A DNA stretch of 56,703 bases from a virus (taxonomy: Duplodnaviria > Caudoviricetes), in IMG/VR virus record IMGVR_UViG_3300033141_000963, positions 1-56,703 of that record; one strand, given 5' to 3'. A model generated the notes under the pieces. That model worked only from the letters and a program-made list of their open reading frames with translations. It was not told where the DNA came from and made no database searches. A program made the position numbers and the translations under genes. Position 1 is the stretch's first letter; each line of letters starts with the position of its first letter. Positions 1 to 9,909 of this stretch are shown in pieces.

Positions 1-1
1 A

Positions 2-220
2 TTTGGATTAGAGAAATCTTTGAATTATAACGAGTCTGTAGGAAATAGACTAAATGCACCAACTGGTGTTACTTCATATGGAGACGGTGCTAGTGGTGTT
101 GCAGGTAATAACCTAACTCCTCTGGACGCACAAGGTATCTGGTTAAAGATGGAACTAGCTGCCGGAACTTCAAGTACCAATAGTTTTTATAGAATCCAAG
201 TTGAAGGAACAACTATATAA
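2..220 (+). CDS. C-terminal part of a putative virion structural protein (5' truncated by window edge)
   Basis: Frame is open from base 2 (FGLEKSLNYNESVG...) to TAA at 218-220, which overlaps the next ATG (TAATG); beta-strand-like C-terminus GIWLKMELAAG...YRIQVEGTTI. Confidence 0.7.
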   Translation, partial: FGLEKSLNYNESVGNRLNAPTGVTSYGDGASGVAGNNLTPLDAQGIWLKMELAAGTSSTNSFYRIQVEGTTI

Positions 221-1980
221 TGCCTACTCCACTAACAGTTGAATTTATTGGATCAAGAGTTACCTCTCTTCAAAATGCTGACTTAGGTGATTGTTCAGCA
301 GAAAAGGTAGCTGGTGGTGGTGCTGCTGTTGGTGAGCAGACTTCTTCTTTGTCTGTGCAAGGCGGTGAAGCTATCGCGATGGATTATCCTACAGCTTCTC
401 GTTTTTGTACTTTAACCTTTGATATTGTTAGTGCCGGTGGAACTGCTTTAGATTTTACTTCTGGAGGAACTGAAGAAGGACAGCTTCTTTGGATTTGGGG
501 AAATGCACTTTTGCCTTTAACTTCAACCGGAACCAATACTGATGGTGCAATCGGTGGTTTTGGAATTATAGTTTCTGATAACGCTACAGCGGCAGGAAAC
601 TCTTATGCTGGATGGACCTTTTATGGATCTGAAAACTATCCCGGTGGTTTTCAAAAAATGGTTATTGATCCAACGATAAGGCCAACTTTTTCTGGTGGTG
701 GATTTGCAGCCACAGATCTTGCGGCTATTAGAAAAGTGGGTGTGTTTTTTGTATCTGACGCACTTGCAAAGGGTGGTGCTGATGCATGTATTTTTGATGC
801 AATTGACATTGGCTCTGGACTGAGAATCTATGGAAGTGGAACTCCAGACGCAGGATTTAAAGACCTTATTGATGCAGACGAAGGAGATACCAATAACAGA
901 TATGGTGTTATCAAATCTTTGGATTCCTCATCTACTATTGTTGAAATTCAGGGTGTGCTAGAGATCGGTAGCGGTAATAATGCTCAAACTGTATTTGATG
1001 ATATTAATAGAATTGTAAATTTTGGTGCTCCTCAATCTATTGATACATCAGTAACTCCTCAAGTATTTAGTAATAGTATTCCTACTAATTTTCAAAAAGT
1101 TTTAATTAACGGTAACACAACATCTGGAACCATCGTACAGATGGGAGAAAAAGTTGGTGATGGAGATACAGCTAGAGGACGAAACGGATGTTTTCTTCTT
1201 GGCAACGCTAATTATGATCTAACCTTTAAACCTAACAATAATGGTGAAGTAGACAATTGCCTACTTTACGGTACTACTATTCGTGATTTTAGAGAAGAAA
1301 TAGCTTGGTTAAACACTCCGACTGGTCACGAGTTTATTGGTTCTACGATTGACGGTGGTGCTGAATTTACGGCAGATAGCGGTGTTATTATTAGAAACTC
1401 TACCTTCCAGAACGCTTTTGATGATATACTAGAGATGAATCCGGCATTTAGGTGGAACTCTGGAACAAATATTAAGAACAGTAACTTTATTGCAAACGAG
1501 TATGGTGTTCATCATCCATTTACAGGAACATTTATCTACGATAATTTGCAGTTCTCTGATAATACTACTGCTGATATCTTGTTTACTTATGCTACTCCTC
1601 CGGGCGGAAATCTTCTTATCCAAGCTACAAATGGTGCTAATCCCGCAACTTCAAGTATCGGAACTAGTGGTCAGCTTGGTAACACGATTACTATTGAAAA
1701 TACTGTTCTTTTAACATTAACAGATATTGTTCCGGGGTCGGAAGTAAGAATATATAAATCTAATCCAACAGGCGTTTTTCCAACAGAATTGGCTGGTATA
1801 GAATCAGAGGATGATGGAACCTTTGAATATGCTTATAATTATACTGGGGACTTTGACGCAGATATCGTTATTGTGAATACAGGATATGTCTATTTTAGAC
1901 AGGACGATAATACATTAACGAACACTCCAAATACGATTAAAATTAACCAAGTTTTTGACAGAAATTACGAGAATCCTTAA
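220..1980 (+). CDS. Putative virion structural/fibre protein with beta-helix-like C-terminal half (586 aa)
   Basis: G/T/S/N-rich; short beta-helix-like repeats (IIRNSTF, NIKNSNF, IYDNLQF); C-terminal LTLTDIVPGSEVRIY-type motif seen in phage tail proteins; in structural operon. Confidence 0.6.
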   Translation: MPTPLTVEFIGSRVTSLQNADLGDCSAEKVAGGGAAVGEQTSSLSVQGGEAIAMDYPTASRFCTLTFDIVSAGGTALDFTSGGTEEGQLLWIWGNALLPLTSTGTNTDGAIGGFGIIVSDNATAAGNSYAGWTFYGSENYPGGFQKMVIDPTIRPTFSGGGFAATDLAAIRKVGVFFVSDALAKGGADACIFDAIDIGSGLRIYGSGTPDAGFKDLIDADEGDTNNRYGVIKSLDSSSTIVEIQGVLEIGSGNNAQTVFDDINRIVNFGAPQSIDTSVTPQVFSNSIPTNFQKVLINGNTTSGTIVQMGEKVGDGDTARGRNGCFLLGNANYDLTFKPNNNGEVDNCLLYGTTIRDFREEIAWLNTPTGHEFIGSTIDGGAEFTADSGVIIRNSTFQNAFDDILEMNPAFRWNSGTNIKNSNFIANEYGVHHPFTGTFIYDNLQFSDNTTADILFTYATPPGGNLLIQATNGANPATSSIGTSGQLGNTITIENTVLLTLTDIVPGSEVRIYKSNPTGVFPTELAGIESEDDGTFEYAYNYTGDFDADIVIVNTGYVYFRQDDNTLTNTPNTIKINQVFDRNYENP

Positions 1981-1994
1981 TAGAGGTGTATTAA

Positions 1995-2234
1995 ATGACA
2001 GATAGGAAAGTTGAATATGGACTGATAGAAACCTTTTGCCCGGCTCCTGAAAACGCAGACTGTACGGATTTTAAGTGTACTAGGGTAATTAAGTTTATGG
2101 ATAAGTGTTTTATTGACCATAAAACCGGAGAATTGTACTGCCATGATTGTGGAACAATTCAAAAGTATGAAAGGAAAATGGCTCAGAGAAGAAAAAGTAT
2201 GGGTATACCTGAAGTTAAAATTAACGGAGAATAA
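1995..2234 (+). CDS. Small Cys-rich, probable zinc-binding hypothetical protein (79 aa)
   Basis: SD GAGGTG upstream; six Cys including YCHDCG; fills the gap between two structural genes. Confidence 0.65.
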   Translation: MTDRKVEYGLIETFCPAPENADCTDFKCTRVIKFMDKCFIDHKTGELYCHDCGTIQKYERKMAQRRKSMGIPEVKINGE

Positions 2235-2237
2235 TAA

Positions 2238-4778
2238 ATGGCAATTATAACCGATCCAGATAATCTAGACAGGCTACAGGTGCTTGTGGATTATTATAAT
2301 CAGAAGATAGGTATTAAGCCTGTCTTCTCTACAACTCCATTGGTCAATTATAACCTACTTGCTGAGACTGGTGTTGGTGAAACTCAAGGCGATCAGGCAT
2401 ATCCCTATGCTTTTAAAGCTGCTAGTTTTGCAGGTTCCGGTGTTGCAAGTGGTGACATTTTGACTATTTTGAACGGTCAGAACATCGACCACTGGACTAT
2501 TACAGGTCTTGTTGATTCAACTGGCCTTTTGGTCAGTTCACCTTTTGGTGCGACTGGTGAAACAGATATTAACTATGCAATTTTGACCCCTACAGGTGGT
2601 ACTGTAACTGATGGTGCTACACTACAGGCTATCTACTCGTTCCTCAAGGAAGAGTGGAAAACAGCGGGTTCAGGTTTCGTAGATTTGATTCAGTTTATTT
2701 TCCCACTTGAATCTATCACGAGAGAGCAGTTTGAAATTGGTGGTGCTACTCACGGTGACTTCGACTGGAGAGATAACGATACGAGAGAATTGATTCGTAC
2801 TGGTGGTTGGGCTAAACTAGACAGTGCTGGTACAGTAAAGCAAACTTACGCTGGGGTTATCACTCTCGGTAGCTTGGATTCAGACACTCAAGTTTACTAT
2901 CAGCAAGTCGATTCTACATCTGGTACTGTAACTGACCCTAAGAACTTCGTTTTGACAGGACCAGTGAATCAGGCCATTTTGGTTCAAGATACTGATGCCG
3001 GTGACGACTTCAGAACATTCTTGAAGATTTTTGCTAGAAAGAAAGGTAAATCATACTCTCAGTCCGAAATCGCTGATATTGGTGTTAGCACTCTTGAGTC
3101 TATCGTGAACAGATTCCCTGTTACTCACGGTGACGATCCTGCTATTGTTGACTCTGATGGTGATCTTGCTGGTGGTGTAAAAATTTACCAAACTGGTGTC
3201 ATTCTAGGTACAGGAACAGACTATACAACAAGTGTTTCTTCCGCTTCGGCACAAGAAAAGACATTCACTGTTACTGTTGCTGCTGGTGACTTCCAAGCAT
3301 CTGGTGTTACAGCTAAAGATTTTATCAACCTTCAAGGTACTGATGCTGCTTTAGATGATGATTTCTTTGAAATTATTTCTGTAGATAGTGCAACTCAACT
3401 TACTCTTCTACAAGAGCCTACAGTTGCTATTCCAGCAGAAGCATCTATTACAGGCGTTTTATACAGTAGAAGAAGAGCAAATGAGAGAAGTGACGGACAA
3501 ATCCAAAATATTGGTGGTTCGGATCTTTCTGGTACTCTCACAAGTGCTGCTTCTGACTTTGTTAGCTCTGGCGTTGCCGCAGGTGATATTGTTGGTATCC
3601 TTGCATCTGGATCTACTTCATTAGATGAAAATGTTGGTACATACAAAGTTCTTAGCATAACAGATCTTAATAACGTAGTTCTTGATACGCAAGATCAACC
3701 ATTCCCAACTACTCAAAGTGCTGCTACATTTAACTTTGAAGTTTATCGTCCCGGAATGTACTTGCAATACAAGAGGGAAGTTGCTGCTAATGTCGGTGCT
3801 GACGCAACATCTGGTCTTGTAATGAGTAGTGCTTCTCCTGATACTATTCAGCGTAGAGATGGTGGAAACTTCGCAACAGACGGATATGTTGTTGGTGGTG
3901 TTATTAGAGTTGGAAATGCAGAAGACGCTGGTAACATCGGAAGCTATGTTATCTCTGGTATCTCTACAACTACTGAAACTAACGATACTGTTAGCTTGTT
4001 CCAGAACACAACATTGACTGCAAATGCTGCTGATACTACTGCTACACTTAGTGGTGAGAACGGATTCCTTCGCTCTCCACAAAACCAAGCATTTAGCTAC
4101 AACTGGAGATTGTTCGGAAACGATGGTACTCTTGCTAACTGCTTCCAGTGGTTGCAGAAACAGCTTCGTCGTGGTGCTTCCGTTGCACTTGACGATTCTG
4201 ACTTCAGAACTCTTTCTGATATCAGTACAGCAAGTGGTGTTTTCCGTGGTGATGTTACCGACCTTCTCATGAACTTCGCTTCTCCAAACGGTACTACATT
4301 GAACTTGTTCATTGACGACCTTAATGCAAACGAGAAAAACAATGTTACCTTTGAAGACGTTCTTGGGGTTGGAAGAAACTTCGCCTTCTTGTCTGTTATT
4401 AGTATTTCTGTTAATGCTAACATTATTGACGATGATGATACCAAATTGGTTGTATTCTTCACAAATGATGATGCTGGTGACAACACTGGTCGTGACTACG
4501 GAACAGATGAAGCAATTATCGTACAAGACACAAGCAATTCAGATATGATCGCTGGTGTTAGTGCAGATATTACATCTTCTCCTGTGAACTTTGAGTATGA
4601 CTTTGATAACAATACTCAAAGAGGAGCAGCTTCCGCTGGTACGCCCGCACCTGTTACTATTGTTGCTATCGGATTGAACACAGCACAGTATGTGTCAACC
4701 GCTGGTACGGTTACGAGACAAAGTACAAATACTTTCTCGCTCGTGTCCGCTCTTGAGCGTAACTATAGTAATACTTAA
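2238..4778 (+). CDS. Putative virion structural protein with repeated beta domains (846 aa)
   Basis: SD GGAG; acidic, T/S/G/D-rich; motif TLQAIYSFLKEEW; four internal F-x-x-S/D-G-V/Y repeats; followed by a strong hairpin. Confidence 0.65.
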   Translation: MAIITDPDNLDRLQVLVDYYNQKIGIKPVFSTTPLVNYNLLAETGVGETQGDQAYPYAFKAASFAGSGVASGDILTILNGQNIDHWTITGLVDSTGLLVSSPFGATGETDINYAILTPTGGTVTDGATLQAIYSFLKEEWKTAGSGFVDLIQFIFPLESITREQFEIGGATHGDFDWRDNDTRELIRTGGWAKLDSAGTVKQTYAGVITLGSLDSDTQVYYQQVDSTSGTVTDPKNFVLTGPVNQAILVQDTDAGDDFRTFLKIFARKKGKSYSQSEIADIGVSTLESIVNRFPVTHGDDPAIVDSDGDLAGGVKIYQTGVILGTGTDYTTSVSSASAQEKTFTVTVAAGDFQASGVTAKDFINLQGTDAALDDDFFEIISVDSATQLTLLQEPTVAIPAEASITGVLYSRRRANERSDGQIQNIGGSDLSGTLTSAASDFVSSGVAAGDIVGILASGSTSLDENVGTYKVLSITDLNNVVLDTQDQPFPTTQSAATFNFEVYRPGMYLQYKREVAANVGADATSGLVMSSASPDTIQRRDGGNFATDGYVVGGVIRVGNAEDAGNIGSYVISGISTTTETNDTVSLFQNTTLTANAADTTATLSGENGFLRSPQNQAFSYNWRLFGNDGTLANCFQWLQKQLRRGASVALDDSDFRTLSDISTASGVFRGDVTDLLMNFASPNGTTLNLFIDDLNANEKNNVTFEDVLGVGRNFAFLSVISISVNANIIDDDDTKLVVFFTNDDAGDNTGRDYGTDEAIIVQDTSNSDMIAGVSADITSSPVNFEYDFDNNTQRGAASAGTPAPVTIVAIGLNTAQYVSTAGTVTRQSTNTFSLVSALERNYSNT

Positions 4779-4797
4779 TCCTTTGAGATATTAATTA

Positions 4798-4839
4798 CCT
4801 ACCTCGTATATAATAACTATGTGCGAGGTAGGAATTTTT
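4798..4839 (+). terminator. Stem-loop, probable intrinsic terminator
   Basis: CCTACCTCGTATATA-ATAAC-TATGTGCGAGGTAGG, 15-bp stem with two G:U pairs that pair only on the + transcript, followed by AATTTTT. Confidence 0.6.
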
Positions 4840-4873
4840 ATAAATAGGACAAACAAAAAATAGGTGATAAAAA

Positions 4874-6508
4874 ATGGCAATAAATGAAAACGGCTTTATT
4901 AGGCTACCGCCTGACAGTACGGGTAAAAAATCCGCTGCTGCCGGTAGACTAGTAATCTTCTTTACCGGAGAAGGGTCTACAAAATTTGAAGTTGGTCAAA
5001 CTGTCACAGGTGGAAATAGTGGTGCTAGTGGTGAAATCGTTGGTATTGAGCGTGCTGGTTTTGCTTCGGGCGAAGGAGAGTTATTTTTAGATTTATCTAC
5101 AATTACTAATGGGCCATTTCAAGTTTTAGAAAATCTTCTTGTTGGTGTCACCATAATTGCTACAGTTAAATCTGATGCAGACTTGAGTGAGCTTTACTAT
5201 CAAAAAAGCACAATTGTAGATAGAGATGATCCTGCTCACTCGCTAAAAATCGACAGAAATGGAGATGGATTTGTTAGGTTTGATGAAGGTTCTCCTGCAC
5301 TTAGTACCTTTGGTGGATTAATCAGTGAACCTACAGAAAGTTCTCGTCAATACGTTTATGCTTACGATGAAAGACCAAATGAATTTTATGATGTAACTGC
5401 TGGAAGTGGAACTTTAACTTACGCATCAAGTCAAAGATCTATTGTTCTGGATACAAATGGAACTGCAAGTGGCGACCTAGTTACTAGGCAGAGTCACCTT
5501 TATCATCCATATCAGCCCGGAACTATGAGCAAGATTATGCAAACATTGGCGGTTGGAGATACAGGTAAAGCTAATGTTAGAAGAAGATGGGGTTACTTTG
5601 ACGAAGAAAACGGAATTTTTTGGGAACTAGATGGAACAGATTTATATGTTGTAGTTCGATCTAATACTACTGGTTCTGTTGTTGATACAAGAGTAATACA
5701 ATCAGATTGGAATAGAGACGAGCTTGATGGAACAACAAACTTCAATTTAGACATAACAAAAGAAAATCTTTATTGGATGGATTTCCAGTGGCTTGGTGTT
5801 GGTGTTGTTAGATTTGGAATTTACGAATCAGATGGTAGAAAAACTACTTGCCATGTGGTAGAAAACCCAAACAATGAAACAAACCCCTACATGCGTCAAG
5901 GTACTTTACCTATAAGATATGAATGTGAAAATACTAATAACGCCGCTTCTTCTAGTGAGCTAAAGGCAACTTGTGCTGTTGTTCAGCTTGCTGGTACTAT
6001 CAAAAGACAATTTTCTTCATTTGGTGCTACCTGTGCTTCTCCTACTCCTGTAGCTTTTGGCGATGGAGAAGTTCCAATAATGAGTATAAGACCTAAAGCG
6101 ACATTCAATGGGTTAGTAAATCATGCATTAACTATTCCAGAAGAATTCCATGTTATTTCAGATCCAAACACATCTAGTGGACTTTTTAATGTAAGATTAA
6201 GAAATAATAGCATTACTCAAGGTGGCAGTTTTACAGGAATAAATGCAAACAGTGTTACAGAAGTAAACCATGCTGTTACTGGCCTCCTTGCCTCTGGAGT
6301 GGTTCAATATGCCTCAACAATCAAAGGTGGCGATGCTTACAGTCAGCAATTTGAAAGTTTCAACCCTTACCAACAAAAGAGTTTAATTACTACTGTATTG
6401 TCAGACAATGTTACACAACCTGCGATGACAATTACTGTTGAAGCTATGACAGCAAGTTCCACTGGTGATTTTTTCGCAACAATGAATCTAAATGAGATGG
6501 TATACTAA
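4874..6508 (+). CDS. Conserved phage virion structural protein, beta-sandwich/lectin-like (544 aa)
   Basis: SD AGGTG; motifs RLPPDSTGK, YQPG, RRWGYFD..NGIFWE, MDFQWLGVG.VRFG typical of a widespread phage structural family. Confidence 0.65.
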   Translation: MAINENGFIRLPPDSTGKKSAAAGRLVIFFTGEGSTKFEVGQTVTGGNSGASGEIVGIERAGFASGEGELFLDLSTITNGPFQVLENLLVGVTIIATVKSDADLSELYYQKSTIVDRDDPAHSLKIDRNGDGFVRFDEGSPALSTFGGLISEPTESSRQYVYAYDERPNEFYDVTAGSGTLTYASSQRSIVLDTNGTASGDLVTRQSHLYHPYQPGTMSKIMQTLAVGDTGKANVRRRWGYFDEENGIFWELDGTDLYVVVRSNTTGSVVDTRVIQSDWNRDELDGTTNFNLDITKENLYWMDFQWLGVGVVRFGIYESDGRKTTCHVVENPNNETNPYMRQGTLPIRYECENTNNAASSSELKATCAVVQLAGTIKRQFSSFGATCASPTPVAFGDGEVPIMSIRPKATFNGLVNHALTIPEEFHVISDPNTSSGLFNVRLRNNSITQGGSFTGINANSVTEVNHAVTGLLASGVVQYASTIKGGDAYSQQFESFNPYQQKSLITTVLSDNVTQPAMTITVEAMTASSTGDFFATMNLNEMVY

Positions 6509-7182
6509 TGTTTCATCATGGTTGGCCTATGAATCAAGATTTATGGACGTTATACCACAAAGTTACATTTGATGGTCCAAATAAACTTATTATAGTAAAT
6601 GCGGGCGAACTTAATATTAATATTAAACAGGATATTTATTCAGCTTGGAAAGAATGGGCAAAACAAAGAGATTATTTAAAGTTTTTGGCAGCGTGTAGAA
6701 GTGTGGGTGGCGACCCTACGGTTGAAGGAGCCTTTCTAGGTTCTACATTTTTCACTATTAACGGTTGGCAAATAGAAATATCGGAAGGTACTACATTTGT
6801 TGGTAATATCTTCTCGGACGATTTCAATAGTCCATTTACCACAGAGCCGAATGTTGACTTAGCTACATCACAGGTTTCAAACCTTATTGATGCTATCGAA
6901 GTTAGCACTAGCGATTTGATTCAAGCTGGCATTGCCACTACAGGCACTATCAGCGAACAAACAACAGTGATACAAAACACACTACCTACTGGAGTTGTAA
7001 ACGAATTAAATAATACACTTTACGATGGAGTGCCATATGAAGATATTATGGCTATACTACTATCAATGGCACAAGGCAGGATAGTCGAAAGTTCTTCTGG
7101 CGTATTTGATTTTTACGCACAGAATAATACGGGTGTCCTTTATACACTTACAAAATCGGGCAATGAAAGAAACAGAAGCTAA
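6508..7182 (+). CDS. Conserved phage structural protein (224 aa)
   Basis: TAATG coupling at both ends; motifs FDGPNKLI, DIYSAWKEW, RSVGGDP, FFTINGWQI. Confidence 0.6.
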   Translation: MFHHGWPMNQDLWTLYHKVTFDGPNKLIIVNAGELNINIKQDIYSAWKEWAKQRDYLKFLAACRSVGGDPTVEGAFLGSTFFTINGWQIEISEGTTFVGNIFSDDFNSPFTTEPNVDLATSQVSNLIDAIEVSTSDLIQAGIATTGTISEQTTVIQNTLPTGVVNELNNTLYDGVPYEDIMAILLSMAQGRIVESSSGVFDFYAQNNTGVLYTLTKSGNERNRS

Positions 7183-8045
7183 TGAGTATCGGAACAGATT
7201 TAACGTCTGTATCAACCCAAGGTTGGTATACCGAGCCTTCACTAACTGACAGACTGACTCCAATATCAACTTTTGGTTGGTATTACTCGGAGGCAGCAGT
7301 AAATACGATTTCTGTTGTTCTTTCACTTCCTATAGAAACACTACAAACTATATCGTTAAACTTTAATAAACCGATAGAGAACCTATCAAGCATTAAATTT
7401 ATAAACAATGTTCCAATAGAAAATTTAGGAGGTTTCAAGTCACCTGAACAAAACTTACCAATAGAATTTAGAGAGGCTATATCTGTATTAACTCAGCAAA
7501 ATCTGCCTATCGACATTCTTTCAACTACCTTGATTTCTAATAACTTACCAATAGAAAACTTACTGAATATTCAGTTAATAAATAACATACCAGTTGAAAA
7601 TCTGTCAAAGATAGGTGCTTCAAACCAGAACTTACCTATAGAATTCAGAGAAGCTATTGCTGTTTTAAGTCAACAGAACCTACCGATTGAGGTACTTTCA
7701 GATATAGTAGTTGCAAATAATGCACCTGTAGAAAACCTATCTAAAACTAATTTTATTAATAATTTACCTATTGATAACTTAGCGACATTAGATACTCAGA
7801 CATACAATTTGCCGATTGAATTTAGAGAAGTTATTTCTGTATTCACTCTGCAAGATATGCCGATTGAGATCCTTTCTACTTTAACTGCTAATAACGATTT
7901 GCCTATAGATATTGTTGGTGAAACAAGAATTTGGGTCTTGGATAGAAGAGGGGTAATTTGGGCAGTTCCAGAGCGAGGAAATGAATGGATAAGAGTCGCT
8001 CAATCAGATACTTGGATAGTGAATGAAAGAGGAAACTCTTGTTAG
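7182..8045 (+). CDS. Repeat-shaft fibre-like protein (287 aa)
   Basis: Fourteen P-[IV]-[ED] repeats, Trp-rich termini; directly upstream of a fibre-adaptor-like gene. Confidence 0.65.
   Translation: MSIGTDLTSVSTQGWYTEPSLTDRLTPISTFGWYYSEAAVNTISVVLSLPIETLQTISLNFNKPIENLSSIKFINNVPIENLGGFKSPEQNLPIEFREAISVLTQQNLPIDILSTTLISNNLPIENLLNIQLINNIPVENLSKIGASNQNLPIEFREAIAVLSQQNLPIEVLSDIVVANNAPVENLSKTNFINNLPIDNLATLDTQTYNLPIEFREVISVFTLQDMPIEILSTLTANNDLPIDIVGETRIWVLDRRGVIWAVPERGNEWIRVAQSDTWIVNERGNSC
7323..7913 (+). repeat. Coding tandem repeat: 14 x (14-16 aa) units, core = 3 x 59-aa (177-bp) super-repeat
   Basis: Super-repeats start at 7365, 7542, 7719 (next unit 7896), each with 14+15+16+14 aa subunits; NLPIEFRE recurs three times. 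Confidence 0.9.
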
Positions 8046-8075
8046 ACAGAAAAACCGTTTTTATGGAAAATTTAT

Positions 8076-8381
8076 ATGTCAATTACAGCAAATCAAAGAC
8101 TTTGTAAACAGCCAGTGGAAAAAAGAAAATTCGCTATGGAGTTTAATGCACTTTTAGCTTCTGGCGAAACGATAACTGGCATAACCAGCGTAGCTTCAGA
8201 AGAAATAAATGGTGGGGCAAGTGATTTAACGATTACTGGTCAAACTGTAAATGGTACAAAAGTAGAAATGTTTATTGAAGGTGGTACTTCTGGTATTACT
8301 TATCGAATTGAAGTTACTATTACTACTAACGGTTCCCAAATCCTTCAGGGTGACGGAATACTATACGTCTCGGATAGATAA
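8076..8381 (+). CDS. Phage fibre-tail adaptor-like protein (gp77-like, 101 aa)
   Basis: Family pattern KQP.E....MEF...L..GETI...FIEGGT.G..Y.I...ITT..G/S. Confidence 0.65.
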   Translation: MSITANQRLCKQPVEKRKFAMEFNALLASGETITGITSVASEEINGGASDLTITGQTVNGTKVEMFIEGGTSGITYRIEVTITTNGSQILQGDGILYVSDR

Positions 8382-8395
8382 TAAGGTAAATAATA

Positions 8396-8938
8396 ATGGC
8401 AAGTTGGCAAAATACAAGTTTACTTATGCTTAGAACCATGCTAAATGATGCTGGGTGTGGTGAAAGCAAATACTCAAATAACAGGCTTGAAGATCTGTTG
8501 ATTACTGCTGCGTACTTTATACCTATTGATGTTAATTTTAATAGTACATATGTAGTTGATGTAGAGGCTTACACAATAACGCCAGATCCAATTGGTCAAT
8601 CAGATGGTGCAGAATTTATAAATTTCATGGTTTTAAAAGCTGCATGTATCGCTGATGAGGGTAACTTTAGAAACTCTGCATTGCTACAAGGTGTTACCGC
8701 TAGATGTGGTCCAGCAGTACTAAATACGAACTCATACGGTCAGTATTTAAACGAATTACTTACAAATGGCCCATGTAAGGTGTATCAAGATGTGAGTAGT
8801 GATTATAACTTTAGTTACGAGGGCAAGAAAATTATTAGAGCTATAATGAGTCCGTTTGTCTCTAATGATTTTTATCCTCCTATGGGTGATACTGGTGGTG
8901 CTGATAGACAAGGCCCGAACAATGTTTACTGGTTCTAA
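8396..8938 (+). CDS. Putative head-tail adaptor/connector (180 aa)
   Basis: N-terminal LR.ML.D.....YS..RL..L pattern like head-completion proteins; first gene of the neck cluster. Confidence 0.5.
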   Translation: MASWQNTSLLMLRTMLNDAGCGESKYSNNRLEDLLITAAYFIPIDVNFNSTYVVDVEAYTITPDPIGQSDGAEFINFMVLKAACIADEGNFRNSALLQGVTARCGPAVLNTNSYGQYLNELLTNGPCKVYQDVSSDYNFSYEGKKIIRAIMSPFVSNDFYPPMGDTGGADRQGPNNVYWF

Positions 8939-8962
8939 AAATAAATTTTCGGAGAAATAAAA

Positions 8963-9187
8963 ATGGCAATTATATACCAACCTAAAGGTACAGCTACGGA
9001 GCATAAAGAGGGCACAATCGTTATTGCCGCCCCAAGAGGTGCTTTAAGTGGCACAGTTCCAGCCGGTTCTGGATGGGCAGGTACAAATTATACTATAGAT
9101 ACATATGTGTCAAATCTTCCTACAACTGGAACGATTGATGCCAAATACAGCGTTAGATTTACGGGGTGTGATATTTGCAGTAATTAA
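8963..9187 (+). CDS. Small hypothetical virion-module protein (74 aa)
   Basis: SD GGAG; T/G-rich; C-terminal CDIC. Confidence 0.6.
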   Translation: MAIIYQPKGTATEHKEGTIVIAAPRGALSGTVPAGSGWAGTNYTIDTYVSNLPTTGTIDAKYSVRFTGCDICSN

Positions 9188-9209
9188 TAGTCTCTAACTG
9201 GGGTGCGTC

Positions 9210-9398
9210 ATGAATATTTTAAGAAAGATGATGGTGATGGTTTTGGGTATTAGAATGTCTTTAATCGCATGTAGAATAAGACGTAGGGATTTTCGCTCAA
9301 AGAAGTTTCAATTACGCACAGATGTTTTAGTTAGTAGATACTATAGATTAAAAATGGTAAAGAAAGACCTACAGAAGAAATTAAAAAATGATAAATAA
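9210..9398 (+). CDS. Small basic hypothetical protein (62 aa)
   Basis: SD-like GGGGTG; fills the gap and overlaps next start; K/R-rich. Confidence 0.45.
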   Translation: MNILRKMMVMVLGIRMSLIACRIRRRDFRSKKFQLRTDVLVSRYYRLKMVKKDLQKKLKNDK

Positions 9399-9909
9399 TT
9401 TTTCAGGCATTATTAGTGCAGACTTCAAGGCGTTATTCACCAATGCTATATCGGCATTGCTGTATGACGATGCACTTACTCAGCCATGCAAAATATACTA
9501 TGGTATCACACGCTATGAGGACTGTACCAATTGCGTCTACGATCCGATTGGTCAAAAATCATCAAATAGATTTCAAGACGGTGGGCCGGTTCCTTTTCCG
9601 TTTGGCACTATATGTCCTATGTGTAATGGCAATGGAAAGCGTCCTGTTGAATCATCAGAAGATATTAATCTAATGATAGTTTGGGACCATAAAGAGTTTA
9701 TGAACGCTGGAACAGTAAACAACCCAGAAGGAATGGTTCAAACAATTACGTTTGCAAGCAATATTCCTAAGTTGAAAAGAGCAAAAGAAATAATCGTTAA
9801 TTCAGATCAAGGCTCATACGGAAGATATAGGTATCAAAGAGCTTCTGAACCACAACCATGCGGCTTCAGTAGTGAATTTGTAGAATGTCTTTGGAAGAGG
9901 TCTGGATAA
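9388..9909 (+). CDS. Putative head-closure/neck protein with zinc finger (173 aa)
   Basis: CTNC...CPMCNGNG motif, as in neck proteins of several large phages; position in neck cluster. Confidence 0.55.
   Translation: MINNFSGIISADFKALFTNAISALLYDDALTQPCKIYYGITRYEDCTNCVYDPIGQKSSNRFQDGGPVPFPFGTICPMCNGNGKRPVESSEDINLMIVWDHKEFMNAGTVNNPEGMVQTITFASNIPKLKRAKEIIVNSDQGSYGRYRYQRASEPQPCGFSSEFVECLWKRSG

Noticed and set aside
3621-4526. 301-aa antisense ORF
   Set aside because: Lies wholly opposite the 846-aa gene; composition is that of a codon-bias shadow; no motifs.
8050-8062. AAAAAC-C-GTTTTT inverted repeat upstream of the adaptor gene
   Set aside because: Short, AT-rich and single copy; expected by chance.
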